A stretch of 64,000 nt of DNA. Origin: a virus. Made by a program: the position numbers and the translations under genes. Positions 19,778-29,646 of this stretch are shown here, piece after piece. The stretch is from positions 82,137-146,136 of IMG/VR virus record IMGVR_UViG_3300020424_000002; one strand, 5' to 3'. Positions within the stretch are counted from its first letter, which is position 1, and every line of letters begins with the position of its first letter. The notes under the pieces were generated by a model, which was given only the letters and a program-made list of their open reading frames with translations, was not told the origin of the DNA and did no database searches.

Positions 19778-20223
19778 ACTTCCTCTAACATTGTCATCAA
19801 TCGTTCTGCACGATTAGTGACTTGGTTGTACCATCTAGAATCTCTTCCTTCTACTGCAGCTTGTTTCCAATCATTTCTTTCGATTGCAGCTTTGAAGTTT
19901 TTAAATTTAGATAGTCTTGTCATACCCATGTTAAAGGTCATATTAACTAAAACTCTTTGAACCTCATCTGGATAATTTTCTAAATCTGGATAAAGTTTTC
20001 CACATTCTTCTACATGTTCTGCATAGTCATGTTCCCATACTTCATCCACTCTTTCTTGGGACACTGGTGTCCCTACTGGTTGACCTTTCTCTGGGTCATC
20101 ATCTTTTACTAGATGTCCTATTCCAAAGGTTGCATAACCTAAATGGTCGTTATAAATCTCATATACAACACCTTCGTCTCGTATAATTTCTTCTTTTAGT
20201 TTACTTGGATTCTTGATGTTCAT
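19774..20223 (-). CDS. Phage lysozyme (T4 e-like, GH24); start probably MNIK
   Basis: DEGVVYEIYNDHLGYATFGIGH, NMTFNMG, SRWYNQVTNRAERL. Confidence 0.9.
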   Translation of the reverse strand: MNIKNPSKLKEEIIRDEGVVYEIYNDHLGYATFGIGHLVKDDDPEKGQPVGTPVSQERVDEVWEHDYAEHVEECGKLYPDLENYPDEVQRVLVNMTFNMGMTRLSKFKNFKAAIERNDWKQAAVEGRDSRWYNQVTNRAERLMTMLEEV

Positions 20224-20512
20224 CTTTGAGTAACTCCACGGCTTTATCACCTTGTTCTTTAAGCAGTTCAATAAGAATATCACCCATGATTTGATTGAAT
20301 CCCTTATCATCTGATATGGTTTCTTTCATTGAGTCTGGACACTTACGAACTGCTCTAGTAAAATTAATTGTTGGTGGTTCATCATCTTCTACTGGTAGAA
20401 ATTGAACTTCACCATAGGTATATATGACTCCTTCATATTTACCCTCAGTAATTTCTATACCATTCTCACCATCTTTTGCATTGACGACAAGTTTGTATTT
20501 TGGTACAGACAT
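20201..20512 (-). CDS. Hypothetical protein
   Basis: ORF track; coupled to neighbours. Confidence 0.6.
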   Translation of the reverse strand: MSVPKYKLVVNAKDGENGIEITEGKYEGVIYTYGEVQFLPVEDDEPPTINFTRAVRKCPDSMKETISDDKGFNQIMGDILIELLKEQGDKAVELLKDEHQESK

Positions 20513-20772
20513 TACTGTGCTTTGTAAACTTGGTTTACGATTTTAGATTTAACTTCTCTAGAGTTAACCTTAACACCAAGTTCATTTCCTTTTTCAACCA
20601 ATTGTGCTTTGGTAAGTGCAGTTAGTCTTGCTTTAGAGAGTTTCGCTGGTTTTGTTTCTACTACTGGTGGTTCACCAACGATATTATCTGCTTGTTTAAT
20701 ACCTTGATAAACAATACCAATAACAATACCTAGGACACCAAGTCCTATTATATAATCAACAATATTTTCCAT
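20512..20772 (-). CDS. Membrane-anchored protein with a HeH/Rho-N-like C-terminus
   Basis: N-terminal hydrophobic helix; LTALTKAQLVEKGNELGV. Confidence 0.55.
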   Translation of the reverse strand: MENIVDYIIGLGVLGIVIGIVYQGIKQADNIVGEPPVVETKPAKLSKARLTALTKAQLVEKGNELGVKVNSREVKSKIVNQVYKAQ

Positions 20773-21323
20773 TATTTATCCTCGTCTTCATTATTAATAA
20801 AATTCAAACCAAAGTGGGTTTTTACTTCTTCTAAAAACACCTCTGGTTTACTCTTTTCGTATGGGTCTGTTTGACAATTATCTTGTAGATTAGGTTCAAT
20901 GTTCATTATTTCGACTGTTCCATCGGAAACTAACATTGCATATCTCCAAGACCTTAACCCAAAACCTAGATTTTCTTTTTTAACAAGAAGACCTAGTTGT
21001 CTTGCAAGTTCTCCATTACCATCTGGTAAAGGTTTTACTTTCTCGATACCTTGTTGTTCGAACCATGCATTCATAACGAATGTATCGTTTACAGATGTGC
21101 AGTAAACTTCGTCAACACCAGATTCTATGAACTGGTCATACATTTCTTCGAAGGTAGGTAATTGGAAGGTTGAACATGTTGGTGTAAATGCGCCAGGCAA
21201 TCCAAACACCACGATAGTCTTATCTTCCATTAGACTATCTAAACTGACCTCATCCCAGTCACCATCCTTTCTCATTTGAAATCGGACATCGTGAAGGTCA
21301 TTTAAATTTCCTTTATTTAACAT
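20772..21323 (-). CDS. Peroxiredoxin (Prx5-type)
   Basis: GLPGAFTPTCS, SVNDTFVMNAW, RSWRYAM. Confidence 0.92.
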   Translation of the reverse strand: MLNKGNLNDLHDVRFQMRKDGDWDEVSLDSLMEDKTIVVFGLPGAFTPTCSTFQLPTFEEMYDQFIESGVDEVYCTSVNDTFVMNAWFEQQGIEKVKPLPDGNGELARQLGLLVKKENLGFGLRSWRYAMLVSDGTVEIMNIEPNLQDNCQTDPYEKSKPEVFLEEVKTHFGLNFINNEDEDK

Positions 21324-21396
21324 AATATAATCCTATAAAAATATTTATACTATATTTAGTATACCACGAGACTGGGATGTGTCAACCTTTTATTTA

Positions 21397-21891
21397 CTAA
21401 AATCCTCTACCATGTTCTGTTAAGAACTCTTTAGGTAATTTCTTAGTTCCAATAGAAACCTTTCTAGGTTTCTTTTCTTCTGGAATAATTTTAGTAATAG
21501 GAATACCAAGAATACCATCTTGTATAGATGCAGAACCAACTTCTACATCATCTGCAAGAATAAATTTTCTTGACCATTTCCTAGCTGCAATACCAGTATG
21601 AACTGCATGACCATTTCCAACTCTTTCTGGATTTGGATTCTCTTTATCACCAACGACTTTTAGTTCATTTTCTTGAACTGTAATGTCGATATGGTCTTTA
21701 CCGAATCCAGCACATGCAATCTCGATAACGAAGTGTTCGTCATCAATTTTTGTGATATTATAAGGTGGGTATGATTGACTATTGTTTCTTTGAACATCAT
21801 CTATTCTTCGAAAGAAGTCATCCACACCAATTGAGAATGGACTTGTCAGTCTTAACATTTCCTGTAAGTCCAGCGTAGATAATTTTACCAT
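21397..21891 (-). CDS. Small heat-shock protein Hsp20 (IbpA-like)
   Basis: YPPYNI, IEIACAGF, DGILGI. Confidence 0.92.
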   Translation of the reverse strand: MVKLSTLDLQEMLRLTSPFSIGVDDFFRRIDDVQRNNSQSYPPYNITKIDDEHFVIEIACAGFGKDHIDITVQENELKVVGDKENPNPERVGNGHAVHTGIAARKWSRKFILADDVEVGSASIQDGILGIPITKIIPEEKKPRKVSIGTKKLPKEFLTEHGRGF

Positions 21892-21952
21892 TTTTGCCTC
21901 CTGTATTTAGCAAGGTTAAATTGTATTTGGAATCTCCCAATGAGCATTCCTA
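21892..21952 (-). promoter_or_regulatory. ROSE-type RNA thermometer in the hsp20 5' UTR
   Basis: CCUUGCU-aaauac-AGGAGG pairs the SD with a bulged G (ROSE UYGCU motif); upstream GGAAU..AUUCC hairpin. Confidence 0.65.
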
Positions 21953-21959
21953 TTAATAT

Positions 21960-21987
21960 ATATAAGGATTAATCTTTAGATTTCAAG
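21960..21987 (-). promoter_or_regulatory. sigma32 (RpoH)-like promoter for hsp20
   Basis: CTTGAAA-N13-CCTTATAT versus consensus CTTGAAA-N13/14-CCCCATNT. Confidence 0.55.
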
Positions 21988-22145
21988 TATTTTTCAACAA
22001 TTTCTTTAATTTTATCTAATTTATACCATAAACTAGAGTAAACTTCTATTTTATTGTCTGGATATTCTACAATATATCGTTTATATCCAAATATCCTCTC
22101 TGAGAAGATTCTGACATCTCCATAACTTTCTTCTAATAATCTCAT
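21969..22145 (-). CDS. Small hypothetical protein (58 aa, not in track)
   Basis: MRLLEESYGDVRIFSERIFGYKRYIVEY...; class B promoter at 22154-22181. Confidence 0.55.
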   Translation of the reverse strand: MRLLEESYGDVRIFSERIFGYKRYIVEYPDNKIEVYSSLWYKLDKIKEIVEKYLKSKD

Positions 22146-22215
22146 ATATATCCATTATCTCATAAAACTTGTATTTGTCAACTAAAAGTTAAAGAGTATT
22201 ATATCACTTTTGATA

Positions 22216-24069
22216 TTAAGTGGGATTCGTTTCCAGTGGTGTGTAAATTCGAACTTTTTCTGATTTTCCTTTAACGAGGATTTTATCGATTTCCTTGAAT
22301 GCTCTTGATGGACATAAGTGATAAGTTCGTTCCGATAACAACAAGTCAACCCCATCATAATTTCTTGTTTGTCCTTCGAGTCTAGCACCCAAGTTGACTG
22401 CATCTCCGATGACTGAATAGTCAAATCTAATTTCTGAACCCATGTTTCCGACAATACATTCTCCTGTGCTGATGCCAATGCCGACATTAATAGGAGGCAG
22501 GTTGAGAGGAGAAAGCTCTTCATTAAGTTTCTGTGTTGCATCTAATACTTCCAATGCAGATTTAACTGCTAATTCAGCATGGTCTTTGCAATCAAGAGGT
22601 GCATTCCAGAATGCCATGATGCAGTCGCCCATGTATTTATCTATTGTTCCTTTATTATTTATTATGATTTTAGTTTGAACATCTAAGAACCTATTGATAA
22701 GTTTTACTAATCCTTCTGGGTCATCTTTGTTTTTATAAGCTTCACTAATGGGAGTAAACCCACATATGTCCATGAACATGAAAGTCATTTCTTTTCTTTC
22801 ACCACCAAGTTTTAATAACTCTGGGTTATTAGCAAGTTTGTCGACCATCTCTGGTGATAAGTATTTTTTAAATTGTCCTTTAATTTGTTCCTTTAGCTTG
22901 TAGGTTACAAAGTATTTGTTGAAAGATGCGTGTCCAAAGACTACAATTCCTGTAAGTGCAGAATACAATGCATCAAATAGTATTAGATATTCTATCCATA
23001 ACCAGTATGACATCCCAACTGAAAGTCCTATTGTACCGATTGATAATATACCAGATAGATATGTTGGAAGTTGATATACCATCAACAATACCAAAAGACC
23101 CAGACCGATAACCAGAATTATTTCTACAAAGTCCAGAAGAAAATTGTTCTGGATAGTTTCACCAGATATGACAGTTTGTAGTAAGTTAGCTTGTACTTCA
23201 TGAGGATACATGACACCATATGGAGTAGAAACTGGATTATTAAATCCTTCTGCTGTCATCCCCCAGATAAGTATTTTATTCTGGTATGATTCATTTAGTT
23301 CAGATGCACTTACTCTATCAAAGTCATTCCAGTATGTAATCATAACATCTGCTGTGGATGTAGTTTCTATAGGTGGTTGTCTACCCATTCGTATCCATTC
23401 GATACCTACTTCTGGTGTTACTCTGGTTTGATAATTAGGTTGGTCATAGAATGCACGAAGAGTTTCAAGTGCAACCGATGGATATATCTGGTCATTTGCA
23501 GATACGATAAGTGGTGCAGACCGAACAGTTCCATCAAAGTTTGGTGTATCTGGTAAAGGTGGTGTTGTCACTGTCACTCCTACACCATAAGTGTTATCTT
23601 GTAGTAGTTTGATTGGTGCAGACATTCCAGAAAAGTCCCAGATAACATCTCCGATATTTCCACCACCGAATACCGATGTTCTTACATAAGGTGCAGAACC
23701 AGTGTCCTTTTGACTTGTTGGAGCTGCAGATAAGATACTTAATCTGTTTACCAGACCAGTTGCAAATTCTACATCTCCACCAAATCTATCTGGTTGATTG
23801 AATACTTGAGTAAATACATGAGTATTGGTATGATGATTTTCTAACATAATATCTGAATAGATATTACGAGGCCATGGATATTGACCATACTTGTCTAATG
23901 ATTTTTCATCAATATCTACAAGTACAATGTTGTCTATGTGTTGAGATTCTTTTTGTTGATGTAATACATCAAAGTAAGACCACTTGATATTATCTATTAG
24001 ATATGGTGACCATATCTTTAAACCTACTAACACTCCAAGTGTAAGTAGAACAGTTTTCCAATTATACAT
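22216..24069 (-). CDS. CHASE2-domain, membrane-bound class III adenylate/guanylate cyclase
   Basis: IVLVDIDEKSLDKYGQYPWPR (CHASE2), three TM helices, FMDICGFT, DKYMGDCIMAFWNAP, YSVIGDAVNLGARLE. Confidence 0.92.
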   Translation of the reverse strand: MYNWKTVLLTLGVLVGLKIWSPYLIDNIKWSYFDVLHQQKESQHIDNIVLVDIDEKSLDKYGQYPWPRNIYSDIMLENHHTNTHVFTQVFNQPDRFGGDVEFATGLVNRLSILSAAPTSQKDTGSAPYVRTSVFGGGNIGDVIWDFSGMSAPIKLLQDNTYGVGVTVTTPPLPDTPNFDGTVRSAPLIVSANDQIYPSVALETLRAFYDQPNYQTRVTPEVGIEWIRMGRQPPIETTSTADVMITYWNDFDRVSASELNESYQNKILIWGMTAEGFNNPVSTPYGVMYPHEVQANLLQTVISGETIQNNFLLDFVEIILVIGLGLLVLLMVYQLPTYLSGILSIGTIGLSVGMSYWLWIEYLILFDALYSALTGIVVFGHASFNKYFVTYKLKEQIKGQFKKYLSPEMVDKLANNPELLKLGGERKEMTFMFMDICGFTPISEAYKNKDDPEGLVKLINRFLDVQTKIIINNKGTIDKYMGDCIMAFWNAPLDCKDHAELAVKSALEVLDATQKLNEELSPLNLPPINVGIGISTGECIVGNMGSEIRFDYSVIGDAVNLGARLEGQTRNYDGVDLLLSERTYHLCPSRAFKEIDKILVKGKSEKVRIYTPLETNPT

Positions 24070-24277
24070 TTAATTCTTTTTCTAGTTCTACTATATAGTC
24101 TTTCATATCAGTCATCCATTCTTTAAGCCTACGATATTGTTTATCATGAAAGTCTTTGTAGTGTTTATCGGTTGATAGGATTGACATCTTTTGATGATAA
24201 TCCATAGTTTTGAGTACCAAAGATATTGCATCTTGGTAAGGCATCCTTACTATAGTTGAAAATTCTCTTTTTGACAC
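24062..24277 (-). CDS. Hypothetical protein
   Basis: ORF track; AGGAG upstream. Confidence 0.55.
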   Translation of the reverse strand: MSKREFSTIVRMPYQDAISLVLKTMDYHQKMSILSTDKHYKDFHDKQYRRLKEWMTDMKDYIVELEKELNV

Positions 24278-24289
24278 TCAAAAGAACTC

Positions 24290-25006
24290 CTAGTTTCCTT
24301 GGGTAACATTTACATTACAACCACCAGATGTGTAGCAATAATTAGTTATACTATATGACTTACTATTCCAACCATTTTGTATTACACTAATATCAGTTGG
24401 TTCTGTTCCTCTTAGAATGACACTCATATAATGGTCTCCACTATTTGTTTGTCGAAGGTCAACTTCATTGTAATCGTTGTAAATATCTAAATTGATATAT
24501 TGACTTCCACCTTCTCTTTGGACTGTGTATATATCATTGTTATCACCTTCAAGATGCAACCAATATTCATGACCAGAAGAATTACTATTTGTTCTTTGTG
24601 TCATTAAAACTTGGTTATTATCACCTGTAATATTAATATGTGCAAAGGTATCACCATATTCTGCATAGTCTCTATTAAAGTTTCCATTAGTTCCTACTTG
24701 ATATCCTTGACCAAGTTTTAAAGTATTTCCATCTCCCCAAAGTCTTCGAAGTTCTATAGTGTTTGGTTGTGTTTTATTACCTCTATCTCTAGCTTGTTTT
24801 ATAATAATAGTATTATCACTACCATCTATTCCTTCTGATGATGTCCATTGTTTTACAACATTATTATATCCAATTTGAGTTATATCAAGTTCAAAGTTAT
24901 CACCTTCTTGTTTGATTGTAATTTCATTATCGTCTGCAAATACTGGATTACAAAATCCTACAAAACTAATTAGACTGATTAATAATAATTTGTGAATCAT
25001 CTCCAT
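24290..25006 (-). CDS. Secreted curlin-like repeat protein (CsgA/CsgB-like)
   Basis: Signal peptide; repeats NxxxIxQxGxxN (NEITIKQEGDNF, ITQIGYNN, NITGDNN, LEGDNN). Confidence 0.7.
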   Translation of the reverse strand: MEMIHKLLLISLISFVGFCNPVFADDNEITIKQEGDNFELDITQIGYNNVVKQWTSSEGIDGSDNTIIIKQARDRGNKTQPNTIELRRLWGDGNTLKLGQGYQVGTNGNFNRDYAEYGDTFAHINITGDNNQVLMTQRTNSNSSGHEYWLHLEGDNNDIYTVQREGGSQYINLDIYNDYNEVDLRQTNSGDHYMSVILRGTEPTDISVIQNGWNSKSYSITNYCYTSGGCNVNVTQGN

Positions 25007-26108
25007 CTCCTATGAGGATTACTCCCTCATACCCTTCTACTATTGTTTGTAGATATACATTTGAACCACTATCAAATGCAATCTCAATAACACCATTTAC
25101 ATCTCTAAAGAAAATTAACTTTTCATCTTCGATAAAGACATTGTATTGTGAACCTTGGTTTAACCCTAATGTTGCACCTTCTACTTTAAATTGTCCTATG
25201 TTAGTACTACCACCTTCTGTTGATGCACCTCTTATTTTCTTATCTAGTTCTTCTATAACATCAAGAACATCTACAAGTAAATCTACATTTAATGCATCAA
25301 TATCTAATGCAGAATATTCTAGGTCTCCTTCTGTTTCTTTGAGTTCATCTTTTTCTAACTCATTAAACTCTAGAAAATCTACATCTAAAATTCCTTGGTC
25401 ATCATTCATGTCATCTGCAGCTTGTTCTTCTACTGCAATTCTGACTTCCTGTGGTGGATTGACAATAAACATATTATCAATCATTGAAGGTGTAATGTTC
25501 TGAATCGTTACTGCAACTGTTGGTGGTGACTCATAGGATGACACCATAGTTGCTTGATAAGGTTGATTCAGTATTCTTTCTCCACCTTCATTTGTTACCA
25601 CTATTTCTCCAGATGCATTTCCATCATCATCTGGTAGCAAAACTACAAGTGACCTACCAAGCTCATCAATTGTAGTTGTAAAATCTGTTCCATTTATAGC
25701 AATCTGTGCTGTAGGTGTGGATACCTGTATGTTTGCTTTCTTAATCTTCTTCCCAGTTCCACTTGCAAACCTTGCTGTCCCTTGTGCCATTCTAATTGCC
25801 ATCTTGGACTTACTTGGGTCTGGGTCATAATAAACTTCATCAATGTACACTCTAGTATGTTCAGTCAATGCAAGTTCTTCTTCGTCTAAGAACTCTATCA
25901 ACATACGACCATTTACTGTTGCAGCTTCATCATATAAATTGATATCTGAACCGACATCATTAGGTAAGGTTTCATTATTTCTAATAATACCACCTACACC
26001 TGTGGACTCTACAATATCTCCGATGGAGTCTGCATAAACAGACCCCATGAAGATAAATGCACTAACTATCGTTAGATGAATCTTTTTGATTAATTTGAAT
26101 TGTCGCAT
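24966..26108 (-). CDS. FecR-domain periplasmic protein
   Basis: Signal/TM helix; IEFLDEEELALTEHTRV, VSTPTAQIAINGTDF. Confidence 0.8.
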   Translation of the reverse strand: MRQFKLIKKIHLTIVSAFIFMGSVYADSIGDIVESTGVGGIIRNNETLPNDVGSDINLYDEAATVNGRMLIEFLDEEELALTEHTRVYIDEVYYDPDPSKSKMAIRMAQGTARFASGTGKKIKKANIQVSTPTAQIAINGTDFTTTIDELGRSLVVLLPDDDGNASGEIVVTNEGGERILNQPYQATMVSSYESPPTVAVTIQNITPSMIDNMFIVNPPQEVRIAVEEQAADDMNDDQGILDVDFLEFNELEKDELKETEGDLEYSALDIDALNVDLLVDVLDVIEELDKKIRGASTEGGSTNIGQFKVEGATLGLNQGSQYNVFIEDEKLIFFRDVNGVIEIAFDSGSNVYLQTIVEGYEGVILIGDGDDSQIIINQSN

Positions 26109-26802
26109 TGTCAGAATCTATATCCATAACGATTTTTGCATCTGGACTTGCACATGAATTACCAGCACCAGAAACACATGTTCCAGATACTTGGTTAATA
26201 TCAATGTCCCCACCATCACCTGTATAATCTACAGTCTGTGTATGAGCTCCATCCTTCATTAATACATTTAGATTGTTACTGTCCCCAGTAATTTCCCAAT
26301 TAAATGTATTATCATCTGATTCAAAGTCTAAATCAAAGACATTTGAATTACCTAAAATCGTCATATCCAAATCCAATCTTTCGGCACTAAACTGGTAACC
26401 TTGGTCTAAATCCCAAGTATTACTATCACCTGTAACTGTGATATCATATACTGAATCGTCAGCAGACCCAGTATCACCTATATTCCAATCAAAAACATTG
26501 GAATCACCTGTGAATGATAAATCAAAATCCGATGTATCGGCAACTAGTGGCCCATACAACTTGTTTGAATTACCAATCATGTCGATATCTATAGTTAAAG
26601 TAGTACCAGTAATAACCATTTTGTCATCGAAAGCAGATGTTTGTGATATCTTGTTTCCAAATCCAACTTGGTCAATGTAAAGAGTTAGTGTATCTCCTTC
26701 TTGGTCTATTCTTATTTCATTATCATCAGTTGCTTGTGCGAAAAGAATATTAGTCGACAATAGGGTTACTAACCCCAAACTAAAAAATAGTTTTTTATTC
26801 AT
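26062..26802 (-). CDS. Secreted curlin-like repeat protein
   Basis: Signal peptide; repeated (I/V)xGDSN units; IDQVGFGN. Confidence 0.7.
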   Translation of the reverse strand: MNKKLFFSLGLVTLLSTNILFAQATDDNEIRIDQEGDTLTLYIDQVGFGNKISQTSAFDDKMVITGTTLTIDIDMIGNSNKLYGPLVADTSDFDLSFTGDSNVFDWNIGDTGSADDSVYDITVTGDSNTWDLDQGYQFSAERLDLDMTILGNSNVFDLDFESDDNTFNWEITGDSNNLNVLMKDGAHTQTVDYTGDGGDIDINQVSGTCVSGAGNSCASPDAKIVMDIDSDNATIQINQKDSSNDS

Positions 26803-26811
26803 TTCGTACTC

Positions 26812-27741
26812 CTATTCGAGGTCGTGTTTATCGTTTTTCCCATCACTATTATGGGGATGACGATGGTCTCCCTCTATAATCCAAAAACCTCTATCGTGTC
26901 CTTGGTAAATTAATTCCAACACTCCTGCCTCAATAGCAGCTCGTGTTGCATATGTCACCGACTCATTATTACCCACTCCATCCTCTATCTCAACTAGTTG
27001 TGTTCCTTCCTCGATAAATCGGAAGACATCACCACCAGAACCATAACTTAATATGGTTTTACGACTTTGGACATTCAATAATACTTCACCTGTCAGAACT
27101 GAAACAGCTCTAATACTAACAGTTACAGCATCTTGTCGATACTGTTTACTAAACCCAATACCAAGTGTCCTTGCGCCTCGACCACCTGTTTTAAGATTAG
27201 TATCATAACCAATGATTCCACCTTCTATTATCATCCCTGCGAATAGAAGTGGTGCAATACCATTGGATTCTTCACCCTTTGCCTCTGCCCATTCTTGACG
27301 AGCAGAACGAATGATTTGTCTTTCTCTTACTAAATGGTCTAGTCCTGTTCTTTCAACAACTCTAAACCATGTACCCCCACCAGCAGTTTTAAGTGCATCT
27401 ACTAACATTGCATTTGCACCTTGAGTTACAGCAGTTGAAAAAGATGCATACTGGTCTAATTGTTTTCTTTGACCAGTTAAATCTTGGAATTGATAAACTG
27501 CAACTATTGGTTTTTCTTTTGCTGGTGGTAAATTTAAAAGTTCAATATATGCAGGCAATCTTACTACTGTAGGATATTCTACACAAATGTATTTTCTTGA
27601 TAGTTGTTTTTTAACACCTGTATAAAGGTCTTTTGAGAAACCTTCATTCCATCTTGAACAGTCCTGTGGGTTCTCACTCCATTGAGGGAACGATGCACAC
27701 CCACTAAGAACCGAAAGTGTTAATATAAGAAACCATTTCAT
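26812..27741 (-). CDS. csgG: Curli secretion channel CsgG (lipoprotein)
   Basis: Lipobox LSGC; VAVYQFQDLTGQRK, FSTAVTQGA, WFRVVER, EGGIIGYD. Confidence 0.92.
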   Translation of the reverse strand: MKWFLILTLSVLSGCASFPQWSENPQDCSRWNEGFSKDLYTGVKKQLSRKYICVEYPTVVRLPAYIELLNLPPAKEKPIVAVYQFQDLTGQRKQLDQYASFSTAVTQGANAMLVDALKTAGGGTWFRVVERTGLDHLVRERQIIRSARQEWAEAKGEESNGIAPLLFAGMIIEGGIIGYDTNLKTGGRGARTLGIGFSKQYRQDAVTVSIRAVSVLTGEVLLNVQSRKTILSYGSGGDVFRFIEEGTQLVEIEDGVGNNESVTYATRAAIEAGVLELIYQGHDRGFWIIEGDHRHPHNSDGKNDKHDLE

Positions 27742-28274
27742 TAACCGCCTCCATCACCATCACCACTACCATCATCACCAAAGTAACCTGTACCGATTGG
27801 TATTTCGATAACTGTGGTTGAACCTTCTTGGTCGACAATAGTCATTCTGATGAACTCTGTCCCATCTTCGTTAGTAATAACTTCGTATGTTACTGTAGAA
27901 CCTTCTAATACAAATGACCCAAACCTTACTGGATTGTCGTTAGAGAACATTGACTCTACTAACTGTTTTGCCATCTGAGCATAGATACGGCTTTCTAAGT
28001 TTCTAATAAATTTTGCAAGCGTTGTGTTATCTGCTTCTCTTTCTGCAGCTTTTCTAGCTGCTTCCAGAGCATCTTCTATTTGTTTCTTACGCGAGAACTC
28101 TTGATTCTCAATTGTGAGATAGTGGGCTCCAGTTCCAATTCCACTGAAGCTTGGATTTTTAAATCCGAATTTAATTTCATCTGCATGTGCTGGAGTTATT
28201 GCAAGGATTGAGAGTAAGAATATCCCAATCAACGCAGATACTTCTAGTTTATCTTTAATCCTTTCTTTGTTCAC
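27741..28274 (-). CDS. csgF: Curli assembly component CsgF
   Basis: Signal peptide then FGFKNPSFSG; FIRNLESRIYAQ; adjacent to csgG. Confidence 0.85.
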   Translation of the reverse strand: MNKERIKDKLEVSALIGIFLLSILAITPAHADEIKFGFKNPSFSGIGTGAHYLTIENQEFSRKKQIEDALEAARKAAEREADNTTLAKFIRNLESRIYAQMAKQLVESMFSNDNPVRFGSFVLEGSTVTYEVITNEDGTEFIRMTIVDQEGSTTVIEIPIGTGYFGDDGSGDGDGGG

Positions 28275-28560
28275 TTTTTAATTTCTCCAATTCCTCTTCT
28301 TCCTCATGTTCTTCTATGAATTTCTGACGCTCACGATATTCTAGAACTACATTAATTTTCTGTTGCAGTCTAATCATATCTTGGTCAAGCATTCTTAACT
28401 GGTCAGTAAGTTTGATACTTGATGCAAACATACGACCTAATGAGGGTTTTACTTCGTCAGTTATAAACTTCCATGTGTAATAGATAAAATATCCCATCCC
28501 CAATGCCATTGCGACTGGGAATCCGAACTCTGCAATTATCTTTATAATGTTTTCCATCAA
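28255..28560 (-). CDS. Small membrane protein
   Basis: N-terminal TM (FGFPVAMALGMGYFIY) then coiled coil. Confidence 0.65.
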   Translation of the reverse strand: MMENIIKIIAEFGFPVAMALGMGYFIYYTWKFITDEVKPSLGRMFASSIKLTDQLRMLDQDMIRLQQKINVVLEYRERQKFIEEHEEEEELEKLKSEQRKD

Positions 28561-28850
28561 TCTCTTCTTGCATCAATTTCTCCATCCTCTATAAAGTTTT
28601 CAGCTCTTGCAACCCTATCTATAGGTGGTGTTAGTTCTAATGCACTACTAACTAACAAATCAATTTTCAATATGTCATTATTCATAACTTTTGCACGAGT
28701 CTCCAACATATTGATAATATTTTCAGTACTTTTAATCTGTGAAATAACAGAGTCGAATATGTACTTCATACTTAAAAATATGAAGAATGCCATGACAAGG
28801 GCACCAAAAATAGGTACACCCACTTCACTTAAAAAATCTAATATAGACAT
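28557..28850 (-). CDS. Small membrane protein with the same architecture as its neighbour
   Basis: VGVPIFGALVMAFFIF TM then coiled coil; late promoter at 28870-28877. Confidence 0.65.
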   Translation of the reverse strand: MSILDFLSEVGVPIFGALVMAFFIFLSMKYIFDSVISQIKSTENIINMLETRAKVMNNDILKIDLLVSSALELTPPIDRVARAENFIEDGEIDARRD

Positions 28851-28889
28851 AATCTCTCCTGTTCGTAAGTATTTATAATAGGAGAGGTC

Positions 28890-29249
28890 TTAAACTGGGT
28901 TAAAAGTCATAGAAACACCACATCCACATGATGCAGTGACATTTGGATTGTTAAATATGAACTCTTCACCTAATCCAGTTTTTGTAAAGTCTAAAACTAA
29001 ATTATCTAGAAAAGGTCTAGAGTTATTATCGATGTGAATAGAGAATTTACCAAAATCCATTACTTGGTCAGAAGGTTCATTGGTGGTATTGAAATCGAAT
29101 ATGTATTCATACCCATTGCAACCACCACCAGTGATACCTAATCTGATTTCAGAAAAACCTCGTTCCTCTGTTTTCTTAACTAATTGTAAGATTGCAGAGT
29201 CAGTTAACTCAATGTTAACTGTCGGCTTTGAATATGCGATAGGCTCCAT
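28890..29249 (-). CDS. IscA/HesB Fe-S cluster assembly accessory protein
   Basis: RLGITGGGCNGYEY, FNNPNVTASCGCGVS. Confidence 0.9.
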   Translation of the reverse strand: MEPIAYSKPTVNIELTDSAILQLVKKTEERGFSEIRLGITGGGCNGYEYIFDFNTTNEPSDQVMDFGKFSIHIDNNSRPFLDNLVLDFTKTGLGEEFIFNNPNVTASCGCGVSMTFNPV

Positions 29250-29394
29250 AGACCAGTCCTGCCCAAGCAAGATACTTGACTATTGGTGCAAGTAATATTG
29301 CTCCTAATGATATTCCGACTATGACAGCACCATCCAAAGATGATAACTCCCCTAGTCTCCCTTTAATGTATTCTTTAATGAAATTGATATCCAT
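29215..29394 (-). CDS. Small two-TM membrane protein (59 aa, not in track)
   Basis: MDINFIKEYIKGRLGELSSLDGAVIVGISLGAILLAPIVKYLAWAGLVYGAYRIFKADS; GGAG RBS. Confidence 0.6.
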   Translation of the reverse strand: MDINFIKEYIKGRLGELSSLDGAVIVGISLGAILLAPIVKYLAWAGLVYGAYRIFKADS

Positions 29395-29406
29395 TTATAA
29401 TACTCC

Positions 29407-29646
29407 CTATTTGAACTCAGATACTTCACCAGCTTCATCCCTAGTTACTATATTAACTAGTCCCAACTTCTGTCGTCTAATCAACTCATTCTTTACTTTT
29501 TGTCTGAGTTTTGGTTTTGTGTTATCATTATTATAACATTCTAACAACTCATTTATTGATTGAGTTTTCATATAGTAGTGAGTAGTGGTAACTTTTTTGC
29601 TACCTCTTTGCACTACTGATTGAGTTGGTTTATATTTAACTGGCAT
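29407..29646 (-). CDS. Hypothetical basic protein (start probably MPVKY)
   Basis: TATAAATA at 29655-29662 just upstream. Confidence 0.55.
   Translation of the reverse strand: MPVKYKPTQSVVQRGSKKVTTTHYYMKTQSINELLECYNNDNTKPKLRQKVKNELIRRQKLGLVNIVTRDEAGEVSEFK

Noticed and set aside
22182-22541. 119-aa minus ORF with a signal-peptide-like start
   Set aside because: Lies almost entirely within the cyclase catalytic domain in another frame; no independent support
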